Part shown: positions 19,781 through 27,999 of the stretch, one piece after another
How the letters are laid out: every line of letters begins with the position of its first letter
How positions within the stretch are numbered: position 1 is the stretch's first letter
DNA from: an uncultured Actinomycetes bacterium
GTDB lineage: Bacteria; Actinomycetota; Thermoleophilia; RBG-16-64-13
Assembly (NCBI GenBank): GCA_947085635.1
Contig: CAMTXC010000006.1
Location: 11,564-75,563, forward strand
Length of the DNA stretch: 64,000 bases
Direction of reading: 5' to 3'
The notes under the pieces: model-generated
What the model was told of the DNA's origin: nothing
Seen by the model: only the letters and a program-made list of their open reading frames with translations
Database searches by the model: none
Position numbers and translations under genes: made by a program

Positions 19781-20926
19781 ATGCGATGGTCCTATCGGAT
19801 ATTCCGCGTCTTCGACATCGACGTGCGGGTGCATGCCACGTTCTTCTTCATCGTGGCCTACTTCGCGTACGCGTGGGGCGCCGCTCGCGAACCGGGAGGG
19901 CTCTACGGAGCCCTCTACGGAGTCGTGCTGGTGCTGCTGCTGTTCGGCCTGGTGGTCATGCACGAGCTCACCCATTCTCTTGTGGCCCGGTCGTTCGGGG
20001 TGGGGGTGCGCGATATAACGCTGCTGCCCATCGGCGGAATGGCCGCGATGGACGAGATGCCCAAGGAGCCGCGCGAGGAACTCCTCGTGGCCGTGGCCGG
20101 GCCGATGTCGAACGTGGTCGTGGGGGTGATCATGGCGGCGCTCGCGCCCCTGCTGATCGACACTTCGCTGTTCGGCGACTTCGGCAGGTTGTCCGACGCC
20201 CTCTTGGCGCCCGGTCTCCAGGGCGCCTACCTCTACCTTCTCTTCGTGAACTTCATGTTGGCCGTCTTCAACCTGCTTCCCGCGTTCCCCATGGACGGGG
20301 GGCGCGTGTTCCGCTCCGTTCTCGCCATGCGCATGGGCCGGGCCAGGGCGACCCGCGTCGCGGTGGGTGTGGGTCAGGTGCTTGCGGTCCTGCTGGGGCT
20401 GCTTGGAGCGTTCGGCGGCGGCATCCTGATGGTGATCGTGGCGGTGTTCATCTTCTTCGGCGCGCAGGCGGAGGGCAGGGGGGACGAGATGAAGGGTGTT
20501 CTGGAGGATCTCCGGGTCGCCCAAGCCGTGAACGTAGAGGTCGAGACCGCACGGCCCGAGCAGAGCATCGGCGAACTGGCGGCCCGCCTCTTCCACACCT
20601 ACCAGGCCGACTTCCCCGTGGTGTCTCACGACGGCTCCGTGCTCGGTGTGGTCACCCGCGACAGACTCATCTCCCTCCTCGGGCAGCATGGGCCCGAGTT
20701 CCCGGTCTCCGAGGCGATGCGCGTCGACGTACCTACAGGCAGCCTCACCGACTCGGTGTACGATGTGTTCCAGCGCATGCAGAGTTCGGGTTCCAGGGTG
20801 ATGCCCATCGTCGAGCAGGGCCGCTTTGTCGGCATGGTCTCGTTGGAGGATATCGGGGAGGCGTTCGCCCTTCTCTCGGCGACCGGACCGGAGTTCGCCG
20901 AGAGAGTGCCCCGGGAGCCCAGGTGA
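19781..20926 (+). CDS. M50 site-2 protease family membrane metalloprotease with C-terminal CBS pair
   Basis: HELTHS zinc motif and NLLPAFPMDGG. ATG 19781 follows GAGGTGG. Confidence 0.85.
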   Translation: MRWSYRIFRVFDIDVRVHATFFFIVAYFAYAWGAAREPGGLYGALYGVVLVLLLFGLVVMHELTHSLVARSFGVGVRDITLLPIGGMAAMDEMPKEPREELLVAVAGPMSNVVVGVIMAALAPLLIDTSLFGDFGRLSDALLAPGLQGAYLYLLFVNFMLAVFNLLPAFPMDGGRVFRSVLAMRMGRARATRVAVGVGQVLAVLLGLLGAFGGGILMVIVAVFIFFGAQAEGRGDEMKGVLEDLRVAQAVNVEVETARPEQSIGELAARLFHTYQADFPVVSHDGSVLGVVTRDRLISLLGQHGPEFPVSEAMRVDVPTGSLTDSVYDVFQRMQSSGSRVMPIVEQGRFVGMVSLEDIGEAFALLSATGPEFAERVPREPR

Positions 20927-21063
20927 ACACCCCCAAGCGGGTTTGTCTTGGCGTCTCCCGGGTACGAACAGCCCGGTCGGCGGCCCGGCGATGCGGTCGT
21001 CATCACTCGATCTGATAGGAGGCGGAAATAGGGTCTGAATCGGATCAGACGACGCGCTGGGCT

Positions 21064-21747
21064 TTGGTGGTAGACCTCGATGTCTGCACGGGCTGTCAGG
21101 CCTGCATGGTGGCCTGCCTTGCCGAGAACAATGTGGGGATCGTGGGCGAGGAAGAGGCGGCCATGGGCCGCGCCCAGCATTGGATCCGTATCGAGCGCTA
21201 CTGGGACGAAGGCGAGTATCCCGAGGCCCGTGCTCAGTTCGTCCCGGTGATGTGTCAGCAATGCGGCAACGCCCCCTGTGAACCGGTGTGCCCGGTCTTT
21301 GCTTCGGTGCACTCCGAGGACGGCCTGAACAGCCAGGTGTACAACCGTTGTATCGGCACCCGTTATTGCGCTCACAACTGCCCCTACAAGGCGAGGGTCT
21401 TCAACTTCTTCGCTCCCCAGTTCCCCTCTCCGCTCGAACAGCAACTGAACCCCGACGTCACGGTGCGCAGCGTGGGCATCATGGAGAAGTGCACGTTCTG
21501 CGTGCAACGGATCAGGCGGGTGCGCGAACAGGCGAGGGTCGAGGACCGGCCCATCGCCGACGGCGAGATCATGCCGGCGTGCGTGCAAACCTGTCCGCCT
21601 GGAGCACTGGTGTTCGGGGATGCCGGAGACCCCGATTCACAAGTGTCGCGCCTGATGGCGAGTCGTCGAGGCATCCGCCTGCTCGAGGCGTTCAACACCG
21701 AGCCGTCGGTGGTCTACCTGAAGCGAGAGGGCGGCTTGGATGTCTGA
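21064..21747 (+). CDS. 4Fe-4S cluster subunit of a molybdopterin-oxidoreductase/ACIII-like complex (ActB2/PsrB-like)
   Basis: Four Cys cluster motifs (CTGCQACMVAC, CQQCGNAPCEPVCP, CIGTRYCAHNCP, CTFC...CVQTCP). The true start is uncertain; see the ATA-start finding. Confidence 0.85.
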   Translation: MVVDLDVCTGCQACMVACLAENNVGIVGEEEAAMGRAQHWIRIERYWDEGEYPEARAQFVPVMCQQCGNAPCEPVCPVFASVHSEDGLNSQVYNRCIGTRYCAHNCPYKARVFNFFAPQFPSPLEQQLNPDVTVRSVGIMEKCTFCVQRIRRVREQARVEDRPIADGEIMPACVQTCPPGALVFGDAGDPDSQVSRLMASRRGIRLLEAFNTEPSVVYLKREGGLDV

Positions 21748-23314
21748 ACGGGGTGGACCGGGGGTGAAGGGAAAGGGCGACGGACCCGAGTCGACGGGAA
21801 CCGGCTCGACCCCGGAAAAGGCCGCGCTGGCCTTCGAGGCGGCCGGGGTCAAGACCATGCCGGCCCTCACCGAGGACGACCTGCGCGCTCTCGATCGAGA
21901 TCTCGACGCACGCGTCTTCGGCGCCATGCAGAGCATCAGCATCCGCTACCTGCTGCTCGTGGGGTTCTTGGGGTCGGTGGTGGCCTTCGGCGCGTTCGCT
22001 TTCGGTTGGCAGATCTACAAGGGCATCGGGGTCGCGGGCATCAACCGCCCGGTCTTCTGGGGCTTCTACATCGCGAGTTTCGTGTTCTGGATCGGCATCA
22101 GCCACGCGGGCACGCTCGTGTCGGCCATCCTGCGGGTGCTGAAGGTCGAATGGCGCATGCCGCTCACCAGGGCGGCGGAGGCCATGACGCTCTTCGCTCT
22201 CATGATCGGCGGGCTGTTCCCGATCATCCACCTGGGTCGGAACTGGCGTTTCTACTGGATGATCCCCGTGCCGAACGAGCGCGGCCTCTGGCCGAACTTC
22301 CGGTCGGCGTTGATGTGGGACCTGCTCGCGATCCTCACCTACATCACGGCGAGTTCCCTCTTCCTCCTGCTCCCGCTGATACCCGATCTGGCCACAGCGC
22401 GCGATCGCACGCGGGGCCTTCGACGCCGCATCTACGGCCTCCTGTCGTTCGGCTGGCGTGGCACGCAACAACAGTGGCATCGTCTGCACGTGGCGATGCG
22501 GGTGTTCACCATCGTGGTCATACCGATCGCAGTGAGCGTGCACACCATCGTCTCGTGGGATTTCGGCATGACGCTTGTGGAGGGGTGGCGCAGCACGGTG
22601 TTCGGCCCCTACTTCGTCATCGGCGCCATCTATTCGGGGATGGCCGCCCTTGTGACCGTGCTGGTGCTCGTGCGCCGTTCGCTCCAACTCGAAGACTACG
22701 TGACGCTGCGGCACTTCGACCGCTTGGGGAAGGTGCTGCTCGCGGTGTCGGTGATCTGGTTCTACATGTTCTGGGCGGGGTTCCTCACCGACTGGTACGG
22801 CGGGAGCACCGTGGCGAAGTTGATCCAGCACGAACACCTGGTGGGCCATTCCGCCGTGCTCTTCTGGACGATGATGGTGGTTAACGTGCTCGTCCCCTTC
22901 CTCTTTCTGTGGTTCCGCAGGGTGCGCACATCGATGACCGCCATGCTGGTCATCAGCCTACTGGTGAACGTGGGCATGTGGATCGAGCGCTTCCTCATCG
23001 TCACGTCACCCGGGATCAACTCGCTCTCGTACAATTGGGGTTCTTACACTCCCCAATGGCCCGAGATCGCCATAGCCACGGCGACCTTCGCCGCCTTCGC
23101 GCTGCTCTACGTCTTGTTCTCGAAGGCGCTGCCGCTGATCTCCCTCTGGGAGGTCAAGGAGGGCTGGCGGGTCGACCGGTGGCGTCGTGAAGGCCTCGTC
23201 GAAGCCGAGAGCGACGTACCGTCCCTCACAACGGGCGCGACGGCGGTGACGGGCGCGACTGCGACTGCGACGACCGCGGCCGCGACTGCCGGCAGCCGAG
23301 GAGGCGCAACGTGA
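21740..23314 (+). CDS. NrfD/PsrC-family quinone-interacting membrane subunit (ActC-like)
   Basis: About 10 TM helices, NrfD-like motifs, start overlaps the upstream stop. Confidence 0.85.
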   Translation: MSERGGPGVKGKGDGPESTGTGSTPEKAALAFEAAGVKTMPALTEDDLRALDRDLDARVFGAMQSISIRYLLLVGFLGSVVAFGAFAFGWQIYKGIGVAGINRPVFWGFYIASFVFWIGISHAGTLVSAILRVLKVEWRMPLTRAAEAMTLFALMIGGLFPIIHLGRNWRFYWMIPVPNERGLWPNFRSALMWDLLAILTYITASSLFLLLPLIPDLATARDRTRGLRRRIYGLLSFGWRGTQQQWHRLHVAMRVFTIVVIPIAVSVHTIVSWDFGMTLVEGWRSTVFGPYFVIGAIYSGMAALVTVLVLVRRSLQLEDYVTLRHFDRLGKVLLAVSVIWFYMFWAGFLTDWYGGSTVAKLIQHEHLVGHSAVLFWTMMVVNVLVPFLFLWFRRVRTSMTAMLVISLLVNVGMWIERFLIVTSPGINSLSYNWGSYTPQWPEIAIATATFAAFALLYVLFSKALPLISLWEVKEGWRVDRWRREGLVEAESDVPSLTTGATAVTGATATATTAAATAGSRGGAT

Positions 23315-23832
23315 GAGGGAACGGGTTCGTCTCTGCGCGGGTCGATGGGGAGCGCGGCGTGGCCTCCGCGCTGAAGGCCCTGCGCGAAGCGGGAGTACCG
23401 CGCGAACGCATCGAGGTGCTCTCCGACCTGCCCCTGCCCGAGAGCGTGCTCGGCGGCCGGATGCGCGCCACGAAGGTGCCGTGGTGGACCGCCACAGGCC
23501 TCGTCATCGGCCTGCTCACGGGTGTGTTCTTCTCGATTGGCACCCTGTTCCTGTACCCCCTGCTCGTGGGCGGCGAGGCTTCGCGCGTCGCGCCGCCGAA
23601 CTTCATCATCATCTACGAGCTCACCATGCTCGGCATCGTCGTGGCCACCGCGCTCGGGTTCTTCCTCGAGACGCGCGGGCGGGGCCCGCGCCGGCCTTAC
23701 TTCGAGGGAGTGAGCGTGGGCGAGATCTTCGTGGTGGTTGATATGCCGCCCGACCTCGTCCCCTCACGCGTGCGGTCGGTTCTCGAGTCGCATGGCGCGG
23801 AACCCCTGCCCGACCAGAGTGAGACTACATGA
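23311..23832 (+). CDS. DUF3341/ActD-like membrane subunit
   Basis: Soluble N-terminal domain followed by two TM helices. GTGA overlap upstream and ATGA overlap downstream. Family assignment by resemblance and gene context. Confidence 0.6.
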   Translation: MRGNGFVSARVDGERGVASALKALREAGVPRERIEVLSDLPLPESVLGGRMRATKVPWWTATGLVIGLLTGVFFSIGTLFLYPLLVGGEASRVAPPNFIIIYELTMLGIVVATALGFFLETRGRGPRRPYFEGVSVGEIFVVVDMPPDLVPSRVRSVLESHGAEPLPDQSETT

Positions 23833-25607
23833 GCGACGAGACCACGCGCACCGAGACATCTGCGGCACCCGATGCCGGAGTGCATGAGGCGGGTGTGTCC
23901 CACGCGCCGCCCGACGCCGGCGTGCCCGAGCGCGCGGGTGTGCCGGGCCAGGAAGCCGGCGCCGCCTCGCGGCGGCAGCGCCGCATCCTGATCGGTCTGC
24001 TCGCTGTCGTCGTCTTAGCGGTGCTGGTCGTGCTGGTGGCCCAGCTGTTCACCGGGTGCTGGGTCGACGTGGGGAACGAGATGGGCCGGCAACCGAATGT
24101 CGGCTATGTGGAACCTCCGCGCGGGTCGGCTCCCGACGAAGCTGTGCCCTTCCAGGGGCCCGACGTCATGCCCGGCCTCGGGTCTCCCGCCAACCCAGTC
24201 ACGCGCACCGCTGAGTCGGTCGAGCGCGGCGGCCGCAGCTACGGCACCTTCTGTCTGCCGTGCCACGGCGAGGTCGCCCCGGGCGGGCAGCCGGGCATGG
24301 TGGGCATGCTCTTCGCCCCGCCTGTGCCGAACCTCGCCGATCGCATCGACTCGCTGATCGACGGCGACGTGTTCCTCGCGGTGACCAAGGGCTTCGGGCG
24401 CATGCCCGCGCTCGCATCAAGGTTGTCGGTGGAGGAGCGCTGGCACCTGGTCAACTACCTGGGTGCTCAGGGTGACGGCGGGCCCGCGCCCGCCGGGGAC
24501 TCCGCCATCCTCCGCGGCGCCCACCTGTTCGGCGTGCAGTGTGCGTCGTGTCACGGGCCCTCCGGTCAGGGGGCCTTGGGCTCGTCTCTCCACCCGTCGA
24601 GTCTGATGGCCGAGGCCTCGCTCGACGAGATCAAGTCTCTACTCCGGGCGGGTCGCCCCGGTCTCGGCATGCCCTCGTTCGGAGGCCGCCTTTCCGAGCA
24701 AGACCTCGACGACCTGGCTGTGTTGTTGAAGCAACTCCAAGCGCAGGGGCCGTCGGCGCTCGAGGATCCCACCAGTCGGCTTCGGGAGACCACGACCACA
24801 GTCCCGGACACCACCGTCACCACGGGTACCGGAAGGACCGGCACCACACTCCCCGCGACCACCACTACCACGGTCCCGGGCACTACCACGACCACCTCGG
24901 GCGGCGGGGTGGCGGCGAGGGCGCTGGGGCAGAAGGTCTACACCGCCAACTGCCTAGGCTGCCACGGGGTCGACGGGTCGGGTGGTCTTGGCCCACGTTT
25001 GAAGCCGAGCCCATTCGTCGCCGGCTCCAGTGACGACGTGGTACGTGGGGTCATCGAGAACGGTGTGGCGGGAACGGCGATGCCCAATTGGGGCGGGCGC
25101 CTGTCGGCCGACGAGATCTCCGCGCTGGTCGACCTCCTGCGCATCTGGCAGGAGCCTTCGCCGTCGGGGGCCACCGCCACAGGCGGGCCCCCCGAGACCG
25201 TCCCCTTCTCGCACAAGGCGCACGTGGCAAAGGGCGTCACCTGTCTATTCTGCCACAGCTCGGCTGCGCGTGGCCCGGCCGCCGACCTGCCGGCCCTCGA
25301 GTTGTGTGTGGGGTGCCATCGATGGATATCCACACAGACGCCCGACACCCAGGCGGTGCTCGACGCCTTCGACGAAGGCAGGGTCGTGTCGTGGGCGCGG
25401 GTCTACAACCTGCCCGATTTCGTGTTCTTCAGCCATCAGCCTCACGTGGTCGTGGCCAAGGTCGACTGTGCCACGTGCCATGGCGACGTGGGTTCCATGA
25501 CGCTCGCTAAGCGGGCCGTGCGCCACACCATGGGCTTCTGTCTCGGGTGTCACAAGCAGCAGGCCGACAATCAGCGGCTGATCGACTGCCAGATCTGCCA
25601 CAAGTAG
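23829..25607 (+). CDS. Membrane-anchored octaheme cytochrome c: three class-I-like domains plus a pentaheme ActA-like module
   Basis: Eight CxxCH motifs: CLPCH, CASCH, CLGCH, CLFCH, CVGCH, CATCH, CLGCH, CQICH. N-terminal TM helix and a Thr-rich linker. Confidence 0.85.
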   Translation: MSDETTRTETSAAPDAGVHEAGVSHAPPDAGVPERAGVPGQEAGAASRRQRRILIGLLAVVVLAVLVVLVAQLFTGCWVDVGNEMGRQPNVGYVEPPRGSAPDEAVPFQGPDVMPGLGSPANPVTRTAESVERGGRSYGTFCLPCHGEVAPGGQPGMVGMLFAPPVPNLADRIDSLIDGDVFLAVTKGFGRMPALASRLSVEERWHLVNYLGAQGDGGPAPAGDSAILRGAHLFGVQCASCHGPSGQGALGSSLHPSSLMAEASLDEIKSLLRAGRPGLGMPSFGGRLSEQDLDDLAVLLKQLQAQGPSALEDPTSRLRETTTTVPDTTVTTGTGRTGTTLPATTTTTVPGTTTTTSGGGVAARALGQKVYTANCLGCHGVDGSGGLGPRLKPSPFVAGSSDDVVRGVIENGVAGTAMPNWGGRLSADEISALVDLLRIWQEPSPSGATATGGPPETVPFSHKAHVAKGVTCLFCHSSAARGPAADLPALELCVGCHRWISTQTPDTQAVLDAFDEGRVVSWARVYNLPDFVFFSHQPHVVVAKVDCATCHGDVGSMTLAKRAVRHTMGFCLGCHKQQADNQRLIDCQICHK

Positions 25608-25629
25608 GCGAAGAGACGAGGGAGACGGC

Positions 25630-27891
25630 GTGTTCACGGAGATGAGCAGAAGGGATTTTTTCAAGAAGGCGGGCGTGCTCTCCGCTGCCCTGGCCCTGAG
25701 CGGCTGCGGGGGCGACCGCGCCGAAGAGAGGTTGGTGCCGTTCCTTCGGTCTCCGGAGGAAGAGCTGGCCGGCGTCTTCACGCACTACGCCAGCCTGTGT
25801 CGGCAGTGCCCCGCGGGGTGCGGCATCCTGGTGACCACCATGGGAGGCCGCGCCCACAAGCTCGAAGGCAACCCCCGTCACCCGCTGAACCAAGGAAAGC
25901 TCTGTGCGCGCGGGCAGGCCGGGCTGCAGGCCCTCTACAATCCCGATCGCCTTGTCGGTCCACAGGGGCGCGCGGGCTCAGCCGACGGGTTCCAGTCGAT
26001 CACCTGGGACGCCGGGCTCGGGCGCCTGACCAAGGCGCTGAAGGCGGCGGCGTCCCGTCCGGGGTCCGGGGCGGTACGGGCGTACGGTGGCCGGCTTCCC
26101 GACCACACGTACGGTGTGGCGGCGCGTCTTCTTGCCGGGCTCGAGGGCGGCGCCCCGGATACCGATCCTGCGGAGAGCGGCACCCGGCCGCTGGTGTGGG
26201 ATCTACACCGGGCGCTCGACGGAGTGGGACTTCTCGACTCCATCACCCGCGAGATGTACGGCTCGCAGGCCGAGGGTCTGCCGTTCTTCGATCTCGCCTC
26301 CGCCGAGGTCGCGATCTCGTTCTCGGCCGACCTCTTCGGCACGTGGCTCTCTCCGGTGTACTACGGCAGGGCGTATGGCGAGATGCGGCGTGGCCGCGGA
26401 GTTACCCGCGGGTACCTTGCGCAGGTGGAGCCACGACTCTCGGCCACAGGTGTCAGCGCTGACGAATGGTTGGCGGTCGCGGCCGGGCGCGAGGCGTATG
26501 TGGCGCTCTGCCTGGGACGGGTGATCCTCGACGAAGGGCTCGCGGCCGGCCCGCGGCCCGCGGGTGTGGATGCGGTGTTCCAGGGTGTGGACGCTCGTGG
26601 CCTCGCCGCCGGCCTCGGGCTCTCCTTCGAGAGGCTTGTGCGTCTCGCCCGTATCTTCGGGAGCTCGCGGGCTCCTCTGGCGATCCCCGGCGGCGGCCTC
26701 GGGGCGGCCCGGAACGGCGCCGACGCCGTGCGCACCGTCATGGCGCTCAACCTACTGGTGGGGGCGCACGAGAGCACCCTCGGCGCGTCGTCGGCCAAGC
26801 CCGCCGACACGATCCTCGCTACCGAGACGGTCTCTTCGTTCGCCGAGGTGCGCCGGGCGATCGAGGACATGCGGTCGGGCTCTGTCGACGTGTTCCTGGT
26901 TCTCGACGGAGATCCCGTGCACGACCTCCCCTCTTCGCTGGGGTTCTCGGAGGCAGCCGCCAACGTGGGTCTGATCGTTGACTTCTCGCCGTTTCCCACC
27001 GACACCGGCGAGGCACTGGCGCATCTCCGTCTCCCCGCACCCACGTACCTCGAGACCTGGGGTTACCACGTGCCTCAGCCCGGGGCTGGGTTGGCCATCG
27101 TGGGCGCCCAACAGCCGGTGGTGCGGCAACTGCACGACACCCGCTCACCCGTGGACGTGCTCCTCGCGGCCGCCAAGGGCGTGGGCGGCCGTGTCGCCGA
27201 GGCGCTCCCGTGGGAGAACGAGGTGGCGTGCCTGAAGGACGTCGTGGACGGCCTACGCGAACGGACCGACGCCTCCATAACCTCTGGGGACCCCGAAGTC
27301 TTCTGGGTGCGCTGGCAACAGTACGGCGGTTGGTGGGCCACGCAGCCCGACGCGGACCCTCCGACCCCGCGGGCGGTGAGGCCGGGATTGGCCACGTCCG
27401 CGGCCGCGAACGTGGCGGACCCCGTCGAGGACGGGAGTGCGTTTCTGTTGCGGCCGTACGTGTCGCTCACGCTCGGTGACGGTCGTCACGCGAACCAACC
27501 TTGGCTGCATGAGACGCCCGACCCCATGACCTCGGTGATGTGGGACACCTGGGTCGAGATCGCTCCTTCCTCGGCCGCGCGACTGGGTGTCTCTACAGGC
27601 GACATGGTCAAGGTGACATCGTCGGTGGGGTCGGTCGAGGCGCCCGTCTACGTGTACCGGGGCATCGGCCCCGATGTCGTCGCGATGCCCCTGGGCGGGG
27701 GTCACCGTGCATACGGCCGCTACGCGGCGGGGCGCGGGGCGAGCGTGGGCGATCTCATCGAGCCGGTGGCCGGCGCCGAAGGTGAGCTGGCTTGGGGCGC
27801 GACTCGCGTGACCCTCGAGCCTACCGGTGAGTCGAAAGCCCTGGCTACTCTCGAAGGCTCCGAGTCGACGGTGGTTCCGGAAGGCCTGTAA
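25630..27891 (+). CDS. Tat-exported molybdopterin-oxidoreductase family subunit (ActB1/PsrA-like)
   Basis: SRRDFFKKAG twin-arginine signal. N-terminal CRQCPAGC...C FeS motif. GTG start lies 5 nt after GAGGGAG. Confidence 0.85.
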   Translation: MFTEMSRRDFFKKAGVLSAALALSGCGGDRAEERLVPFLRSPEEELAGVFTHYASLCRQCPAGCGILVTTMGGRAHKLEGNPRHPLNQGKLCARGQAGLQALYNPDRLVGPQGRAGSADGFQSITWDAGLGRLTKALKAAASRPGSGAVRAYGGRLPDHTYGVAARLLAGLEGGAPDTDPAESGTRPLVWDLHRALDGVGLLDSITREMYGSQAEGLPFFDLASAEVAISFSADLFGTWLSPVYYGRAYGEMRRGRGVTRGYLAQVEPRLSATGVSADEWLAVAAGREAYVALCLGRVILDEGLAAGPRPAGVDAVFQGVDARGLAAGLGLSFERLVRLARIFGSSRAPLAIPGGGLGAARNGADAVRTVMALNLLVGAHESTLGASSAKPADTILATETVSSFAEVRRAIEDMRSGSVDVFLVLDGDPVHDLPSSLGFSEAAANVGLIVDFSPFPTDTGEALAHLRLPAPTYLETWGYHVPQPGAGLAIVGAQQPVVRQLHDTRSPVDVLLAAAKGVGGRVAEALPWENEVACLKDVVDGLRERTDASITSGDPEVFWVRWQQYGGWWATQPDADPPTPRAVRPGLATSAAANVADPVEDGSAFLLRPYVSLTLGDGRHANQPWLHETPDPMTSVMWDTWVEIAPSSAARLGVSTGDMVKVTSSVGSVEAPVYVYRGIGPDVVAMPLGGGHRAYGRYAAGRGASVGDLIEPVAGAEGELAWGATRVTLEPTGESKALATLEGSESTVVPEGL

Positions 27892-27938
27892 CAGGCGGGC
27901 TTGTTATGCGGCGAACCGTCTCGGCGAACCGTTCTTGG

Positions 27939-27970
27939 GGCGGGCGCGCCCGGGTTCGGTCGCGCCCGCC
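27939..27970. terminator. 10-bp perfect GC hairpin between convergent genes
   Basis: GGCGGGCGCG, 12-nt loop, CGCGCCCGCC. No obvious T-tract. Confidence 0.45.
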
Positions 27971-27999
27971 GCCACAAAGGCATCTGCCCCTATCTGCCC

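Noticed and set aside
25630-27891. Checked the molybdopterin-family subunit for an in-frame TGA (Sec as Mo ligand, as in formate dehydrogenases)
   Set aside because: The ORF is uninterrupted from the Tat signal to the stop codon, so there is no recoding candidate.
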